The translations under genes were made by a program, and so were the position numbers. From Candidatus Gottesmanbacteria bacterium (lineage in GTDB: Bacteria > Patescibacteriota > Microgenomatia > 2-02-FULL-39-11): a DNA stretch of 64,000 nucleotides. The notes under the pieces were generated by a model, which worked only from the letters and a program-made list of their open reading frames with translations, was not told where the DNA came from and ran no database searches. Below, piece by piece: positions 46,900-55,855 of this stretch (positions are counted from its first letter, which is position 1; each line of letters starts with the position of its first letter). The stretch spans positions 861,892-925,891 of the forward strand of contig JACPKY010000002.1 in NCBI GenBank assembly GCA_016186795.1, in the 5' to 3' direction.

Positions 46900-47212
46900 G
46901 ATAGACGTAGGAGGAGGGAAAACCGTCGATGTCCCCACCTTTAAATGCTTAGAAGCAATATTTTCAAGAATTCTCCTCGTTGCCATGTCCCTTGCTCTTC
47001 TTGCTCTTTTTGTCATGCTCGTTATTGGAGGATTTAAATTCCTCACTTCGGGTGGCGACCCAAAAGCAACGGCATCTGCCCAGCAAACAATGACGTTTTC
47101 CTTTGCCGGTATTATTCTTATGGCCGTTGCCTACGTCATCTTTCTAATCATCAAAGCATTTACAGGGATTGATGTCCTTAATTTCACCGTACCAACAGTC
47201 ATCGGCCCCTAA
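46859..47212 (+). CDS. TrbC/VirB2-like pilin-type small protein, array member 7
   Basis: From ORF 46670..47212, start MENWPG at 46859; FKFLTSGGDPKATASAQQT loop between TM helices. Confidence 0.5.
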   Translation: MENWPGTNIPCILKIDVGGGKTVDVPTFKCLEAIFSRILLVAMSLALLALFVMLVIGGFKFLTSGGDPKATASAQQTMTFSFAGIILMAVAYVIFLIIKAFTGIDVLNFTVPTVIGP

Positions 47213-47258
47213 TCCAAAAGCTTGACTTTTCCTTTCCTGAAACGAATAATAAAAGAGT

Positions 47259-48827
47259 ATGCACTTTTCTGCCCGGCTATTTTGTTTCGTTTTTGTTTTT
47301 CTTGCTCTTACCCTCTTTTCCTTTTCCAAAGCCGTACCAATTCATGCTGGACTTTTCGGTGCATTTGAAACGAGCGCAACGGATTGTGATAAAAAGATTG
47401 GAGATGATTGGCAAGAAACTCAGACAAACCCGAGTGGACCAACTAAACTTTATGATTGCAAATCGGGCTATAAGGAAGTAAGTAATGCTCTCCAAGCATT
47501 CAACTGGCAAATTCTGGGATCGACAGATCAACGCTTGTACGAGGCCGGAGAAAAGGGAGCAGTTTTTGCATTTGCTCAACTTAACGACTCAATGATTGAT
47601 ACTCCTCCAGCAAGCGGTCTTGCATACACCGGATATGTCCTTGCAAATATAGGGATTTTCCCAAAAGCCTACGCTCAGGGTATTGGGTTTGTCGGGCTTC
47701 TTCCCCTTTTCCCTCTCTGGGCGGCATTTCGAAACATTGCCTACTCTATTCTTATTATCGTCATGGTCGTTATTGGCTTTATGGTAATCTTTCGTATGAA
47801 AATTGACCCAAAAACGGTTATCTCAATTCAAGCTGCGATACCAAAAATAATTGTTGCACTCCTTCTTATCACCTTCTCCTATCCAATTGCAGGATTTCTT
47901 ATTGACCTTATGTATCTTGCCATGGCTATTGCCATCAACATTATTGCAACATCTCTTCCTGAAGCGACATTTCCTGACTATATGAGAGACTCAGCAGATC
48001 TCCAAAATCTCTTTATAACAGGCGGCTGGGGAGCGCTCTGGGGTTCTGTCTTTAACTTTAGACTCATTGGAGATTTCTTTAAACAAATATTTCTCGGGTC
48101 CTCACTCAATACCGGAGTTGGGATAACAACTGAGCTCCTTAGCGCAATCATTTCAGTGGGATTCGGCGGCGTAGCAGGTGCTGCAGCTATTCCATGGGCT
48201 ATCGGAGGACTTATCGCACCAGTTGCTATCCTTCTTCTTATCATTGGACTCGGACTCCTTTTTACCGTTATCCGCATCACCTTCTTACTTTTGAATGCCT
48301 ATATTCAAATTATTCTTGCGCTTATTTTTAGCCCTATTCTTCTTCTTCAGGAAGCAATTCCCGGACGTTCTGCATTTGGTCAATGGATACAGAATTTAAT
48401 TGCCAACCTTATTGTCTTTCCGGCAACTGTTCTTGTCATCTATGGAAGTTGGATTCTGACAACATTTGCATGGAAATCAAACCTGTGGTCTCCGCCTCTC
48501 ACCCCCGTCGGCGGTGGAGGAGACCTTGGCGGGTCTGGAAATCCAATTGCTGTACTTTTAGGGCTTGGAATGATTTTTATGACGCCAAATCTTATCGCAT
48601 CCATCAAAAAAGCTTTCCACCCAACATCTCCATTGCCTATTTCTGCCGGATCTGCCTTCTCGCCTTTGACCGGTGGAATTTCAACAGGGATGGGGGCAAT
48701 GAGCCAGTTCTACTATATGCAACAACTATGGGGAGCACATGGCCAACCAGGACCGTTACAGGCACTTGTTGGGAAAGTTGCTCCATTCTTACGAGGAGGT
48801 CGTGGGGACCATAACAACCCAAGTTAA
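47259..48827 (+). CDS. Polytopic membrane protein, possibly VirB6/TrbL-like (follows pilin array)
   Basis: 522 aa; signal peptide, about 170-aa extracytoplasmic domain, then 6 or more TM helices and Gly-rich C-tail; placement after VirB2-like genes. Confidence 0.35.
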   Translation: MHFSARLFCFVFVFLALTLFSFSKAVPIHAGLFGAFETSATDCDKKIGDDWQETQTNPSGPTKLYDCKSGYKEVSNALQAFNWQILGSTDQRLYEAGEKGAVFAFAQLNDSMIDTPPASGLAYTGYVLANIGIFPKAYAQGIGFVGLLPLFPLWAAFRNIAYSILIIVMVVIGFMVIFRMKIDPKTVISIQAAIPKIIVALLLITFSYPIAGFLIDLMYLAMAIAINIIATSLPEATFPDYMRDSADLQNLFITGGWGALWGSVFNFRLIGDFFKQIFLGSSLNTGVGITTELLSAIISVGFGGVAGAAAIPWAIGGLIAPVAILLLIIGLGLLFTVIRITFLLLNAYIQIILALIFSPILLLQEAIPGRSAFGQWIQNLIANLIVFPATVLVIYGSWILTTFAWKSNLWSPPLTPVGGGGDLGGSGNPIAVLLGLGMIFMTPNLIASIKKAFHPTSPLPISAGSAFSPLTGGISTGMGAMSQFYYMQQLWGAHGQPGPLQALVGKVAPFLRGGRGDHNNPS

Positions 48828-48850
48828 TTTACTCTTTCACATCCCTCTTA

Positions 48851-49807
48851 TTGACAGACTACTCCTATTTCCCTACTATTACCCCTATGACAGATATTGT
48901 TGTGGGGGTAGATAGCGGAGGGAGTAAAACCGTGGCAATTGCAGGAACTAAAGATGGAAAAATTCTTGGCCGGGGAACAGCAGGCGCAGCCAACCCGCTC
49001 TCGGTGGGAATTGAAAGAGCTCTTGAAAATATTGTCACGGCAATAAAAAACGCCACATCAGATATTTCCGCCCCAACAATTGTCAGTCTATACGTAGGAA
49101 CAGCGGGAGGAAAACCGAAAGCCCTCAAAGACATGCACAAAGCAATACGGCTCACCTCTCTTCTGAAAATCACAGGAACTATTACGGTTGATCATGACCT
49201 TCGTACAGCGCTTTACTCAGGACTTCCCAATGGTGATGGTATTGTTCTTATTGTTGGAACTGGATCTGCTGCCTTTGGAATTGACAGGAATAAGAATGAA
49301 GTGATTGTTAGCGGCTGGAACCACTGGTTGGGAGAAACGGGTGGGTACGAACTTGGGATAAAAGCAATTATTGCTGCAACAAGAAGCTATGATGGCCGAG
49401 GACCTAAAACTATCCTTGAAAAAGTCGTCGCGGAAAAATTTGCCCTGAAACAGTTTGAGGATATTTCATCACTTATCAAAGCGCCCTTTGTTGATAGCCC
49501 AAAAATTGCATCACTTGCGCCTTTTGTTGCGGATGCTGCAAGAAATGGTGACAAAATCGCCATGAAAATTATCGATGAGATGGTAGAAGAGATGAACTGC
49601 ACAATTTCCGCCGCCGCAAAAAGAGTAGGTATCAAAAAGAATCTCAAAGTGGTACTGGTAGGAGGAATGTTTCGGATGAAAATAAATATTGTGGAAAAAC
49701 TCAAGATGAAACTCTCAAAATGGGCAAAAAATGCCAAGCTTATCTTTCCCAAGGAGGAACCTGGAATAACCGCTTTCAAATTTGCCCTGAAAAATATTAG
49801 TGGGTAA
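48851..49807 (+). CDS. BadF/BadG/BcrA/BcrD-type ATPase (N-acetylglucosamine kinase-like, ASKHA superfamily)
   Basis: 318 aa; phosphate-1 motif DIVVGVDSGGSKT (likely true start MTDIVV at 48887), LIVGTGSAAFG phosphate-2-like motif. Confidence 0.65.
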   Translation: MTDYSYFPTITPMTDIVVGVDSGGSKTVAIAGTKDGKILGRGTAGAANPLSVGIERALENIVTAIKNATSDISAPTIVSLYVGTAGGKPKALKDMHKAIRLTSLLKITGTITVDHDLRTALYSGLPNGDGIVLIVGTGSAAFGIDRNKNEVIVSGWNHWLGETGGYELGIKAIIAATRSYDGRGPKTILEKVVAEKFALKQFEDISSLIKAPFVDSPKIASLAPFVADAARNGDKIAMKIIDEMVEEMNCTISAAAKRVGIKKNLKVVLVGGMFRMKINIVEKLKMKLSKWAKNAKLIFPKEEPGITAFKFALKNISG

Positions 49808-51197
49808 ATAAAAGTTTTGCTGAAGTTTTTCTACCATCCATCTCAACTGCATATTTCCCTTTGTTATTCAGCCATTCCTGCATATGAGTTGCCGCCTCGT
49901 TTAGAGAGACTCTCTTGTATGGATAAGTAATAAGCGCTTCAAGTCTTTTGGAAGATGTTTGTGCAAGCCCGTCACATAAAAGGAGTGCTGATATTTCCAT
50001 TTTATTTTTTCCTCCGTATGAATGATGTAATTTCTTTTCATTCCCTACCCCTTTGAATGGATCTTTCTGTCCTACTTGCCCTGCTGCCCAAACAATTACT
50101 CTACCACTCTTTTCCACAACGTCACCATAATCTCGAAGTGTTGGAACTTCAAATGTAGGAATAAGAATGTCAAATTTCTTCATCCTAGTAATTACTTTTC
50201 TCAAAAGCTCATGTCCGTTTTGATCGTCTCGTTTCCCCTCCTTCAGACAGATTATTTTTCCTGGGTTAAGCGCATGAATTGCTGTTAGTTTCTTGTCGGT
50301 TCTGCCAAGAATAACAATTGTAGCATTGGGGAAAGCAGTGGTGGAAGTCAAGGCAAGAAGCGCCGCATTTGGACCATCTCCAAGGATTGCAATTCGATCC
50401 ACTCTCTCTCTACTCATAAATACCGGATGAAATGCCTCAATACAGCAACTGAGTGGCTCCATCGCCACAAGAAGTGATTCTCGCTTTTTTGGGTCTTTAG
50501 CAATCCAGGTATTTAATGTTTTGGGGACAGGTGAGAGCATATGGTTGGGATATGGAAGACCAAAAGGAGCATGATAAGAAAATCCTGGTAATTCCATGTG
50601 TCCTGGTACTCTTTTGCGTGTATGACGTCCGGCAATATCTCGGTGGCACTCAAGTGCAAAGCCGTTTTTGGAAATTTGCCAATGGTTGTCACAGCGAAGC
50701 GAAGCGTCAATAACGACTCGATCTCCTTTTTTTATCTTCTGAAAATCAATCTCTAAAACGTCATACTTTAGTCCGGTAATACTTTTTTTATCTTTCGAAA
50801 AAACGGGAACAAAGGCAGCAATTTTTCGGGGTTTATCTGAAGAATTCGGAGTTACCGAAACAATAACTCCGCTCCCTTCATGGTTTGGTATCTGTAAAAT
50901 TTTCAGTAACGTTTTTTTATCTCCCCCTATACCATGCGTTTGCAAAAGAGCGAGATTTTCCTCCAATTTTTGTTTTTCCTCAAAGAGATCTTTGTGAAAT
51001 CTTCCCCCCCAATAATATCCATGAGGGCCACCATCACTTCCACAGGGAGCAGAGTACGTGATTTTAATATTGGCAAAGCCGGAATGCGGGATATTTGCCA
51101 TATTCAGAGACGACTTAACGTATTTAACCGCAAAACCATCCTGAGGAAGGATTCCTTTCGGAGAAACAGAAAGATGAGAAATTATTTGTTTTTCCAC
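49797..51197 (-). CDS. Atypically long zinc-dependent dehydrogenase-like protein (MDR superfamily), paralog B
   Basis: 466 aa; CGSDGG and NHEGSGVI catalytic-zinc region blocks, Rossmann IAILGDGPNAALLALTSTTAFPNATIVILG; large insertions relative to canonical about 340-aa MDRs. Confidence 0.55.
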   Translation of the reverse strand: MEKQIISHLSVSPKGILPQDGFAVKYVKSSLNMANIPHSGFANIKITYSAPCGSDGGPHGYYWGGRFHKDLFEEKQKLEENLALLQTHGIGGDKKTLLKILQIPNHEGSGVIVSVTPNSSDKPRKIAAFVPVFSKDKKSITGLKYDVLEIDFQKIKKGDRVVIDASLRCDNHWQISKNGFALECHRDIAGRHTRKRVPGHMELPGFSYHAPFGLPYPNHMLSPVPKTLNTWIAKDPKKRESLLVAMEPLSCCIEAFHPVFMSRERVDRIAILGDGPNAALLALTSTTAFPNATIVILGRTDKKLTAIHALNPGKIICLKEGKRDDQNGHELLRKVITRMKKFDILIPTFEVPTLRDYGDVVEKSGRVIVWAAGQVGQKDPFKGVGNEKKLHHSYGGKNKMEISALLLCDGLAQTSSKRLEALITYPYKRVSLNEAATHMQEWLNNKGKYAVEMDGRKTSAKLLFTH

Positions 51198-51217
51198 TAT
51201 TCGTTCTATTGAGATAC

Positions 51218-52795
51218 CTATTGTTGGGTCGCCAACGCCTGCGAGGAACCTGTATGTGAAAATAGTACACCTCTATTACCGTGGTCAATAATGATCTTTC
51301 CTGATGTTGACCTATCCATTTCTACCGGATAGCTTCCCCGTCTATCTATCCATTGCTGCATTGCAGCAGCTCCTCCTTCCATACTCATATAAAAATAGGG
51401 GTAGTTCAAAACCGCCTCCAATCGTTTTGGATGTAATTGCGAAAGAGTCTTCATAAATTCAAGCGCTGTCCATTCTGCCTGATTCCATCCTCCATATGAA
51501 TGGTGAATTTTATCTGGATCACCCACACCTTCAAAAGGATCTTCCTTCCCTACCTGGTCAGCATTCCAAACAATGACCCGACCTTTTTTTTTGACAAGCT
51601 CTCTATAGTTCTTCAGAGAACCGACATGAAAGGTTGGAATAAGAACATCAAGTTTCCTCCCATCAAGCCTTTCCCGTATCTCTGAATGTGCATGGCGTCC
51701 TCCTTCCTTGTCCACATAAACTCCATGGATCTTCTTGGGATTTATAGCCTCAATTGCATTCACTTTCCTTCGCGTATGTCCGGTGACATAAATCTCTGCT
51801 TTGGGGAAAACAGTTGTGGAAGTCAAGGCAAGAAGCGCAGCATTTGGACCATCTCCCAAAATTGCAATTCGTTTCGGAATAGATTCAGTTTTCATTTCAC
51901 CCTGAATACCCATCAGAATCGGTTGAAGCGCTTCAAAACAACAGCTGAACGGTTCTGTGGATATAAGAATAGGAAGCCGTCTCTCGGGGTCTTCCTCAAT
52001 CCATTTCCGCAACTCAACTGGAACTTTGGTTAACATATGACTCTTGTACGGAAGTCCGTACTCTGCAACACTTGAATCTCCAATCATTTCGCTATGCCCT
52101 GGTACCCGTTTCCTATCATGGCCATCATCAGTTTTTCGATCGCATTTATCCGGAAATCCTGTTTTGGGATTGATTTGCCAGTGCTGATCACACCGAAGAG
52201 CAGCATTAGTAACAACCAAGTCTCCGGGCTGGAAATCCTGAAAATCTACATAAACCACCTCATACCTTGCGCCGATAACCCTTTTTTTATCACCAGAAAG
52301 TACAGGAAGAAAAGCGGCAACCGGACGCAGTCCATCTTCTTTATTTGCCTTTGTTGCCATCACAACTCCAAATCCTTCATGATTTGGAGTATTGAGTAAT
52401 GCTAATGCCTGAGCTTCCTCTACTCTCAACCCTTCCTCTTCCATAATAAAGGTATTTACCATCCGCTTTACCATTCCCTCTGCAGCTGCGACTAATGCTT
52501 GATATTCTTCTGCTTGATATTCTTCCTTATCAGAGGGTGTATCCGATGGGAAAACCGGATGTCCCAAATCTGCATGAGCCCGCCCTCCAAGATAATATCC
52601 ACCTCTTCCCCCATCACTCCCACATGGAGATGACATTAAATTTTGAACGTAAGAAATCCCTGGAGGAGGAACACGCAACATTTCAACAGAAGTATGTGCT
52701 AAAGATACCTTAAATCCCTGTTCAGGAGAAGGTCCATTTGGAACAACCTGTAAGTGGTCAACCGTTTGCTGAATATACTGTTCAGATTCAACCAT
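51218..52795 (-). CDS. Atypically long zinc-dependent dehydrogenase-like protein (MDR superfamily), paralog A
   Basis: 525 aa; shares CGSDGGRGGYY, NHEGFGVV, IAILGDGPNAALLALTSTT, RVIVWNADQVG, HHSYGG blocks with 49797..51197. Confidence 0.55.
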   Translation of the reverse strand: MVESEQYIQQTVDHLQVVPNGPSPEQGFKVSLAHTSVEMLRVPPPGISYVQNLMSSPCGSDGGRGGYYLGGRAHADLGHPVFPSDTPSDKEEYQAEEYQALVAAAEGMVKRMVNTFIMEEEGLRVEEAQALALLNTPNHEGFGVVMATKANKEDGLRPVAAFLPVLSGDKKRVIGARYEVVYVDFQDFQPGDLVVTNAALRCDQHWQINPKTGFPDKCDRKTDDGHDRKRVPGHSEMIGDSSVAEYGLPYKSHMLTKVPVELRKWIEEDPERRLPILISTEPFSCCFEALQPILMGIQGEMKTESIPKRIAILGDGPNAALLALTSTTVFPKAEIYVTGHTRRKVNAIEAINPKKIHGVYVDKEGGRHAHSEIRERLDGRKLDVLIPTFHVGSLKNYRELVKKKGRVIVWNADQVGKEDPFEGVGDPDKIHHSYGGWNQAEWTALEFMKTLSQLHPKRLEAVLNYPYFYMSMEGGAAAMQQWIDRRGSYPVEMDRSTSGKIIIDHGNRGVLFSHTGSSQALATQQ

Positions 52796-52867
52796 AAGCG
52801 ATTATTTTTCTTCAAATGATAGTTTCCAGTAGTTTTTCGGATTTACCAGGCAATCTATTTGAACCAT

Positions 52868-53641
52868 TTACATTCTCTCTAATCCACCGTGCTGTAGGGA
52901 CGGTAAAAATCCATACTGGGTAAGAGGTACCCCTTCAGGATGGAGGCCGTTATTAAAAGGGTAGCCATCAAACGTACCTCCGGAATGAGGATCTATCTCA
53001 AGTAAATTTCCAACCACAAGATGAGCCCCTGCATTATAAAGTTCTTCTCGTGAAGCATGACCCGTCTCCAAACCTATTGTCCAAAATCCCGCATTTCTTC
53101 CTCCTTGAATATCCGATCTAGGAGAATCACCTACCATTACAACTTGGCTCGGTTGTAACCCAGGGATATCTCCTCTTACCATGTTGTATGCAAAATCAAA
53201 AGGCGCACGATCCGGCTTGGATCTCTCTGTTAAACCGGCTGTCACAACATAATCAACGAGAGGTCTCAGATCAAAACGGTTTACCAATGCAGCTATATAG
53301 CCAAGATGGCCGGAGGTAAGTAAAATTGTTCGCATGCCCTCTTCTCGAGCTCCTTCCAACAATTCCCGTGCGCCAGGATTTAAATTTAAATTTGAATTAG
53401 GACTTCGCACGATTCCTTCTACAATCTCTCGACGTTGCCTTTCGAGGGTATAAATATCTTCGGGCAACCCTAAATAATCTTTTGCCAGCTGAATAACATC
53501 TAATGGTCTTAATCCGACACGAACATCAGGAATTTCAGTAACTGGAGTGCCGAACAGCTGTTGCCACGTCGGTCGATGGACCGTTTCTTCTGAATCTCTC
53601 ACTAGCAAATCATCAACGTCTTTTATGAGAACTCGTATCAT
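52868..53641 (-). CDS. HAD superfamily hydrolase (phosphatase)
   Basis: 257 aa; motif I VLIKDVDDLLV (DxD), motif II LLTSG, motif IV VMVGDSPRSD. Confidence 0.65.
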   Translation of the reverse strand: MIRVLIKDVDDLLVRDSEETVHRPTWQQLFGTPVTEIPDVRVGLRPLDVIQLAKDYLGLPEDIYTLERQRREIVEGIVRSPNSNLNLNPGARELLEGAREEGMRTILLTSGHLGYIAALVNRFDLRPLVDYVVTAGLTERSKPDRAPFDFAYNMVRGDIPGLQPSQVVMVGDSPRSDIQGGRNAGFWTIGLETGHASREELYNAGAHLVVGNLLEIDPHSGGTFDGYPFNNGLHPEGVPLTQYGFLPSLQHGGLERM

Positions 53642-53812
53642 AATACCGATAAAAAACCACGGATGCTACCGTGGTGTATTTTGTAAAAATCTTCTCATGG
53701 AAGCTTACGTTTATGGATAAAAGCCATATAGATCAGCCTCATATTCATACTTTATCATACTATTAGGATAAAAATCAAGTCGGGGATAATTATAGGAAGC
53801 TTTTAAAGCAAC

Positions 53813-54364
53813 TTATAGTGATTGAGGCTCATTCGTTCCAACAATACTCTGAAATTGGGCATACTGAGGCTCTAAATCTTTTGATGTATCAATCGAAAAA
53901 CTCACATTGGGGTATTCCTCAAAAATCTTCTCCTTCACCTCAACATGGTGTTTATAATCGACAATGCTATCAGATTTTCGAAGCCGAACTCGTTCGTCCA
54001 TACGCTTTTTACATTCGTCTTCATCGCACACTACCTTCACAACGTAAACCGGGACTCCCATCTTTTGAGCAACTTCTTTTGCCATTTCAATATATTGAAT
54101 CTTCTGAAATGTCGCATCCAAAATCACATTTTTTCCCTGCTGGAGCATCAGTTCAGCGCAATAGAGCATAATCCTATAGGAAAGGAGAATTTCGTCTTTT
54201 GAAAACGGCATGAGAGGAACATTAGCACACTGATACGCATTGCATCCTAGAATATTTCGTCGGATATGGTTTGTCCCCAACACAAGTGCACCGGTTATTT
54301 CTGAAAGCTTCTGTGCCAATGTCGATTTTCCTACTCCTGGAAGACCATGAAGAATAATAAGCAT
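53813..54364 (-). CDS. Small P-loop kinase (AAA_33/gluconokinase-like NMP-kinase fold)
   Basis: 183 aa; Walker A ILHGLPGVGKSTLA at N-terminus, size and lid region typical of small-molecule P-loop kinases. Confidence 0.55.
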   Translation of the reverse strand: MLIILHGLPGVGKSTLAQKLSEITGALVLGTNHIRRNILGCNAYQCANVPLMPFSKDEILLSYRIMLYCAELMLQQGKNVILDATFQKIQYIEMAKEVAQKMGVPVYVVKVVCDEDECKKRMDERVRLRKSDSIVDYKHHVEVKEKIFEEYPNVSFSIDTSKDLEPQYAQFQSIVGTNEPQSL

Positions 54365-54370
54365 AATAAA

Positions 54371-55759
54371 TTAGTATACTATTTTTGGTTCCATCCCCCA
54401 AAGTTGAATTGCTGCGGCAAGCGCACTCTTTGGGTTTTTCTCTGCATACTCTTTCACGGTCATACCCGAAGATACTGCTTTTCGAGCCTCAATTGCCGCC
54501 TCCACTCCCCGCTCCACTCCCTGTGGATGACCCAAAACTCCCCCTCCCATTTGGATATAACAGTCTTTTCCAAGAGTTGCCACCACTTGGTCAAGAACTC
54601 CTGGATGAAGACCACCTGAGGCAACCGGCCAAACCGTTTTCATCCCAAACCAATTCTGACCTAAAGTGCTGAATTTTTCATTCGGAGGTGTTTGATCTGT
54701 TGTTAAAACCCGCATCACCTCTGCACTTTCCCCATAATCCTCCATTTTTGCTTTCGGTGATCCTGAGTGAATACTATCAACTCCCAAAAGTCGAAAAATT
54801 TTAGCAAGAGCAACCATAGAAATACTAAATCCTTGTATTTCACCAACTCCTTCAATTCCATCTCCACTTTCTCTTGTTATAAATGCATGCATCGCCCGAT
54901 GCGCATGAATAACAAGGCCCGGATTTTTGAGACGCATGGTGTGCACTGCGGCAAATCCGGTCGTCACAACATCAATCATCATACACCGACCACCTGTCTC
55001 TTTGATCCAATTTGCTCTATCGATCATTGTATCAATATTTGAATGGGTAAGATTGCACAGGTAAAGTTTCTTTTTTCCTGTTTTTGTTTCCACTTCTTTT
55101 TGAACCTCATGAACCAGTTTTGCCCGTTCCTTAAAATCGTTGAAAAAAAGGCTTGTCAGATTCTCGTCATCCTTGAGAAAATCATATGTTCCATCTCCTG
55201 CTGTCCAAAGTCTTCTTGCAAGGATTGCCTGTTCCTTTGCAGTTCGTCCAACCTTCGGTTTTGGTACCGTTCCAATAATTGGCATCGTGCGTTGGCTTTC
55301 GTCTTGATCCAAAAGGTCCCGTACACCTTCAATTCCGTATCTGGGACCGGGGAAACTTTCTACCATTTTACGGGGAAATCGCATATCAAAAACACGAACT
55401 CCGCAAACCATCTTCATGCCACCGATATTTCCAACAGGACCTGCTAAAAATCCTGACATATTATCCACTTCAAACAAGTCTGTTTTATACGCAACCTTAA
55501 ACATCCGGTTTTCCTCATCGAGATCATAGGCCATTGCTTTGTAGTCATCGGCCATTTTAATCCCTGAGTCTTGTCCTTCATCAACCTTTGTCCACGTTCC
55601 AGTTGATGATTCAGCAGCAACGGAAGCAGCTGCCTCAGGAAATACACTTTTATCTATACCACCTGCTAGCTCTATCTTAAATTGCAACAGTACATAATTT
55701 TCGTCGGGATTTTCTGGTTTCCAAGAAGGAGGCGCAATGTAGTTAAGTTGTACTGCCAT
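54371..55759 (-). CDS. rbcL: Ribulose-1,5-bisphosphate carboxylase/oxygenase large subunit, form II/III-like
   Basis: 462 aa; GTYDFLKDDENL (carbamylated Lys block GxDFxKDDE), HAHRAMHAFITR, GGGVLGHPQG blocks. Confidence 0.8.
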   Translation of the reverse strand: MAVQLNYIAPPSWKPENPDENYVLLQFKIELAGGIDKSVFPEAAASVAAESSTGTWTKVDEGQDSGIKMADDYKAMAYDLDEENRMFKVAYKTDLFEVDNMSGFLAGPVGNIGGMKMVCGVRVFDMRFPRKMVESFPGPRYGIEGVRDLLDQDESQRTMPIIGTVPKPKVGRTAKEQAILARRLWTAGDGTYDFLKDDENLTSLFFNDFKERAKLVHEVQKEVETKTGKKKLYLCNLTHSNIDTMIDRANWIKETGGRCMMIDVVTTGFAAVHTMRLKNPGLVIHAHRAMHAFITRESGDGIEGVGEIQGFSISMVALAKIFRLLGVDSIHSGSPKAKMEDYGESAEVMRVLTTDQTPPNEKFSTLGQNWFGMKTVWPVASGGLHPGVLDQVVATLGKDCYIQMGGGVLGHPQGVERGVEAAIEARKAVSSGMTVKEYAEKNPKSALAAAIQLWGMEPKIVY

Positions 55760-55855
55760 ATCGTATGTGGAATCTAAAAAGAGGGACTAATCACTTGTGA
55801 TATATATTAGTTGTATATAACACCATAAATCCTTCAATCTGTCAATAAACCATTT

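Noticed and set aside
53651-53680. Short hairpin (ccacgg-tagcat-ccgtgg) followed by T6 on the minus strand between the P-loop kinase and HAD genes, as a possible intrinsic terminator
   Set aside because: The stem is only 6 bp and the T-run ends 10 nt before the HAD start codon. It is more likely part of the RBS or spacer than a real terminator. It could at most be a weak attenuator.
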